A stretch of DNA of 64,000 bases from Candidatus Poribacteria bacterium (GTDB taxonomy: Bacteria > Poribacteria > WGA-4E > JAJDTR01): NCBI GenBank assembly GCA_965222225.1, contig CBDCTK010000002.1, positions 4,736,001-4,800,000 on the forward strand, given 5' to 3'. A program made the position numbers and the translations under genes. Below are positions 62,720 to 64,000 of the stretch, one piece after another. Numbering within the stretch: the first letter of the stretch is position 1; each line of letters starts with the position of its first letter. The notes beneath the pieces are model-generated. The model was not told the origin of the DNA. It did no database searches and worked only from the letters and a program-made list of their open reading frames with translations.

Positions 62720-62812
62720 ATTCTATCCGAATAGGTCTTCGGTTGTCAAGACCTATCGTCCCAATACAATGGAGAATAATGCTTGACAGCAAAATCGGAA
62801 TCGGAGTAGAAT
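62720..62812. promoter_or_regulatory. Divergent sigma70-like promoters with an inverted-repeat operator candidate
   Basis: Minus strand TTGACA (62749-62744)-18-TAGAAT (62725-62720); plus strand TTGACA (62783-62788)-18-TAGAAT (62807-62812); IR ATAGGTCTT-N8-AAGACCTAT at 62731-62756. Confidence 0.65.
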
Positions 62813-62844
62813 TGGGCAAATTCGAAAAAGGAACATACAAAGAG

Positions 62845-64000
62845 ATGGCAATATTGGAAGGCGGACAGATTCTCGCCAAAGCGTTAAAACTGGAAGGTGT
62901 CGAGTACTTGTTCACGCTTTGCGGCGGAACTATCGAGTCAATCTATGACGGATGTCTCAGAGAAAACATCAAGATTATTGATGTGCGTGTAGACCAATCC
63001 GCCACGATGATGGCGGATGCCTATGCCCGCGTCACCGGGAAAGCTGGTGTGAGCGCCGTAACCAGAGGTCCGGGCCACGCCAATATGATATACGGCTTGG
63101 CAACTGCATATATGGCGGGCTGCCCGTTGTTTGCGCTGAGCGGCAACAGCGACGCCGACCAACTCGACATGGGCGGCTCGCAGGAATACAATCAGATTGG
63201 CTTGGTCAAGCCGATAACCAAGTGGGCTAGGCTGGTCATGCAAACGGAGCGCCTACCCGAATTTGTGGCGGGCGGGTTTCGAAAGCTTTGGGCAGGCCGC
63301 CCGGGCCCGACGCATCTAAGCGTTCCCTACGACATTCTGTACGATAAGATTGATGATGCTAATCTGAATTATCCCAAACCTTCGGAATACCGCTCCACCG
63401 CGCGGATATGTGGCGATCCGGAGTCAATTGACCACGCGTTGAGGCTACTGTCCAAAGCAAACAACCCGGTGATTATTGCGGGTGGTTTAATCCACTGGCA
63501 CGGTGCGACCAACGCCCTCGTGGATTTCGTCGAGGCGACAAGCATTCCCGTCTTCTCCAAAGAAAGCGATGTCAACGCAATCAATCACGCACATCCACTC
63601 TTCTTTGGAAAGGCGACGAATAGATTTGCAGGCGCCACGAAAGAACTTCGGAACGCTGACGTGGTTCTCGCATTGGGTGTTACGTTCGATACGACAATTG
63701 GTTACGGCGGACCACCCCTCTTTGATAAGGATGCAACGTTCATTAGTGTCGATATAAACGCCGACGAAATGGGCAAGAATCGCTCATTTGAGGTCGGCAT
63801 CGTCGGGGATATGAATTCGGTATTGACGGAAATGACCGAGTCGGTGGATGAACACGACTTTCACAGACCAAGTGACTGGATTGAGCGTTTGAACCTTGCC
63901 CGTGGGGAATTTTTGCATCGGATGTCTGCGGCGGAAAATTCTGACTCCGCACCTATGCACCCGTTGCGTATTTGCAAAGAGGTGCGTGAACTTTTTGGTG
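62845..64000 (+). CDS. ThDP-dependent enzyme of the acetolactate synthase/oxalyl-CoA decarboxylase superfamily (runs off the window end)
   Basis: Manual translation: MAILEGGQILAKALKLEGVEYLFTLCGG...MADAYARVTG..TRGPG...GRPGP...ADVVLALG. Confidence 0.9.
   Translation, partial: MAILEGGQILAKALKLEGVEYLFTLCGGTIESIYDGCLRENIKIIDVRVDQSATMMADAYARVTGKAGVSAVTRGPGHANMIYGLATAYMAGCPLFALSGNSDADQLDMGGSQEYNQIGLVKPITKWARLVMQTERLPEFVAGGFRKLWAGRPGPTHLSVPYDILYDKIDDANLNYPKPSEYRSTARICGDPESIDHALRLLSKANNPVIIAGGLIHWHGATNALVDFVEATSIPVFSKESDVNAINHAHPLFFGKATNRFAGATKELRNADVVLALGVTFDTTIGYGGPPLFDKDATFISVDINADEMGKNRSFEVGIVGDMNSVLTEMTESVDEHDFHRPSDWIERLNLARGEFLHRMSAAENSDSAPMHPLRICKEVRELFG

Overview
A bacterial window with no rRNA, tRNA or CRISPR array that I can see. 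The gene content points to Candidatus Poribacteria or a relative (inference): seven PhyH-type dioxygenases, several LamG, TolB-like, TPR, NHL, WD40 and ankyrin proteins, and sugar-acid enzymes. Layout: (1) 1-7.4 kb is a defence-like island with hsdM, a frameshifted nucleotidyltransferase-HsdS fusion, an unknown ORF, a MORC/GHKL-ATPase-histidine-kinase fusion and a coupled response regulator, but no hsdR in the window. (2) An IS5 element and its MITEs follow. (3) 9-51 kb holds catabolic and secreted-protein genes; six secreted proteins of two unrelated folds share a C-terminal 'AV-x3-4-K-x3-4-WG-x-[IL]K' tail, and one PPC-domain protein carries two CxxCH haem modules. (4) 52-61 kb is a decaying run of short co-oriented genes with attC-like remnants and an IS1595. 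(5) Two tandem lipoprotein HMA genes, missed or truncated in the ORF track, each have an in-frame UGA in a UxxC motif and a SECIS-like hairpin, so they are probable selenoproteins. The most unusual non-coding signal is a fixed-length (~35 nt), GATC-bounded, non-palindromic element found about 12 times, inside different REP-like hairpins and one gene. All calls were made by eye; no database searches were run.
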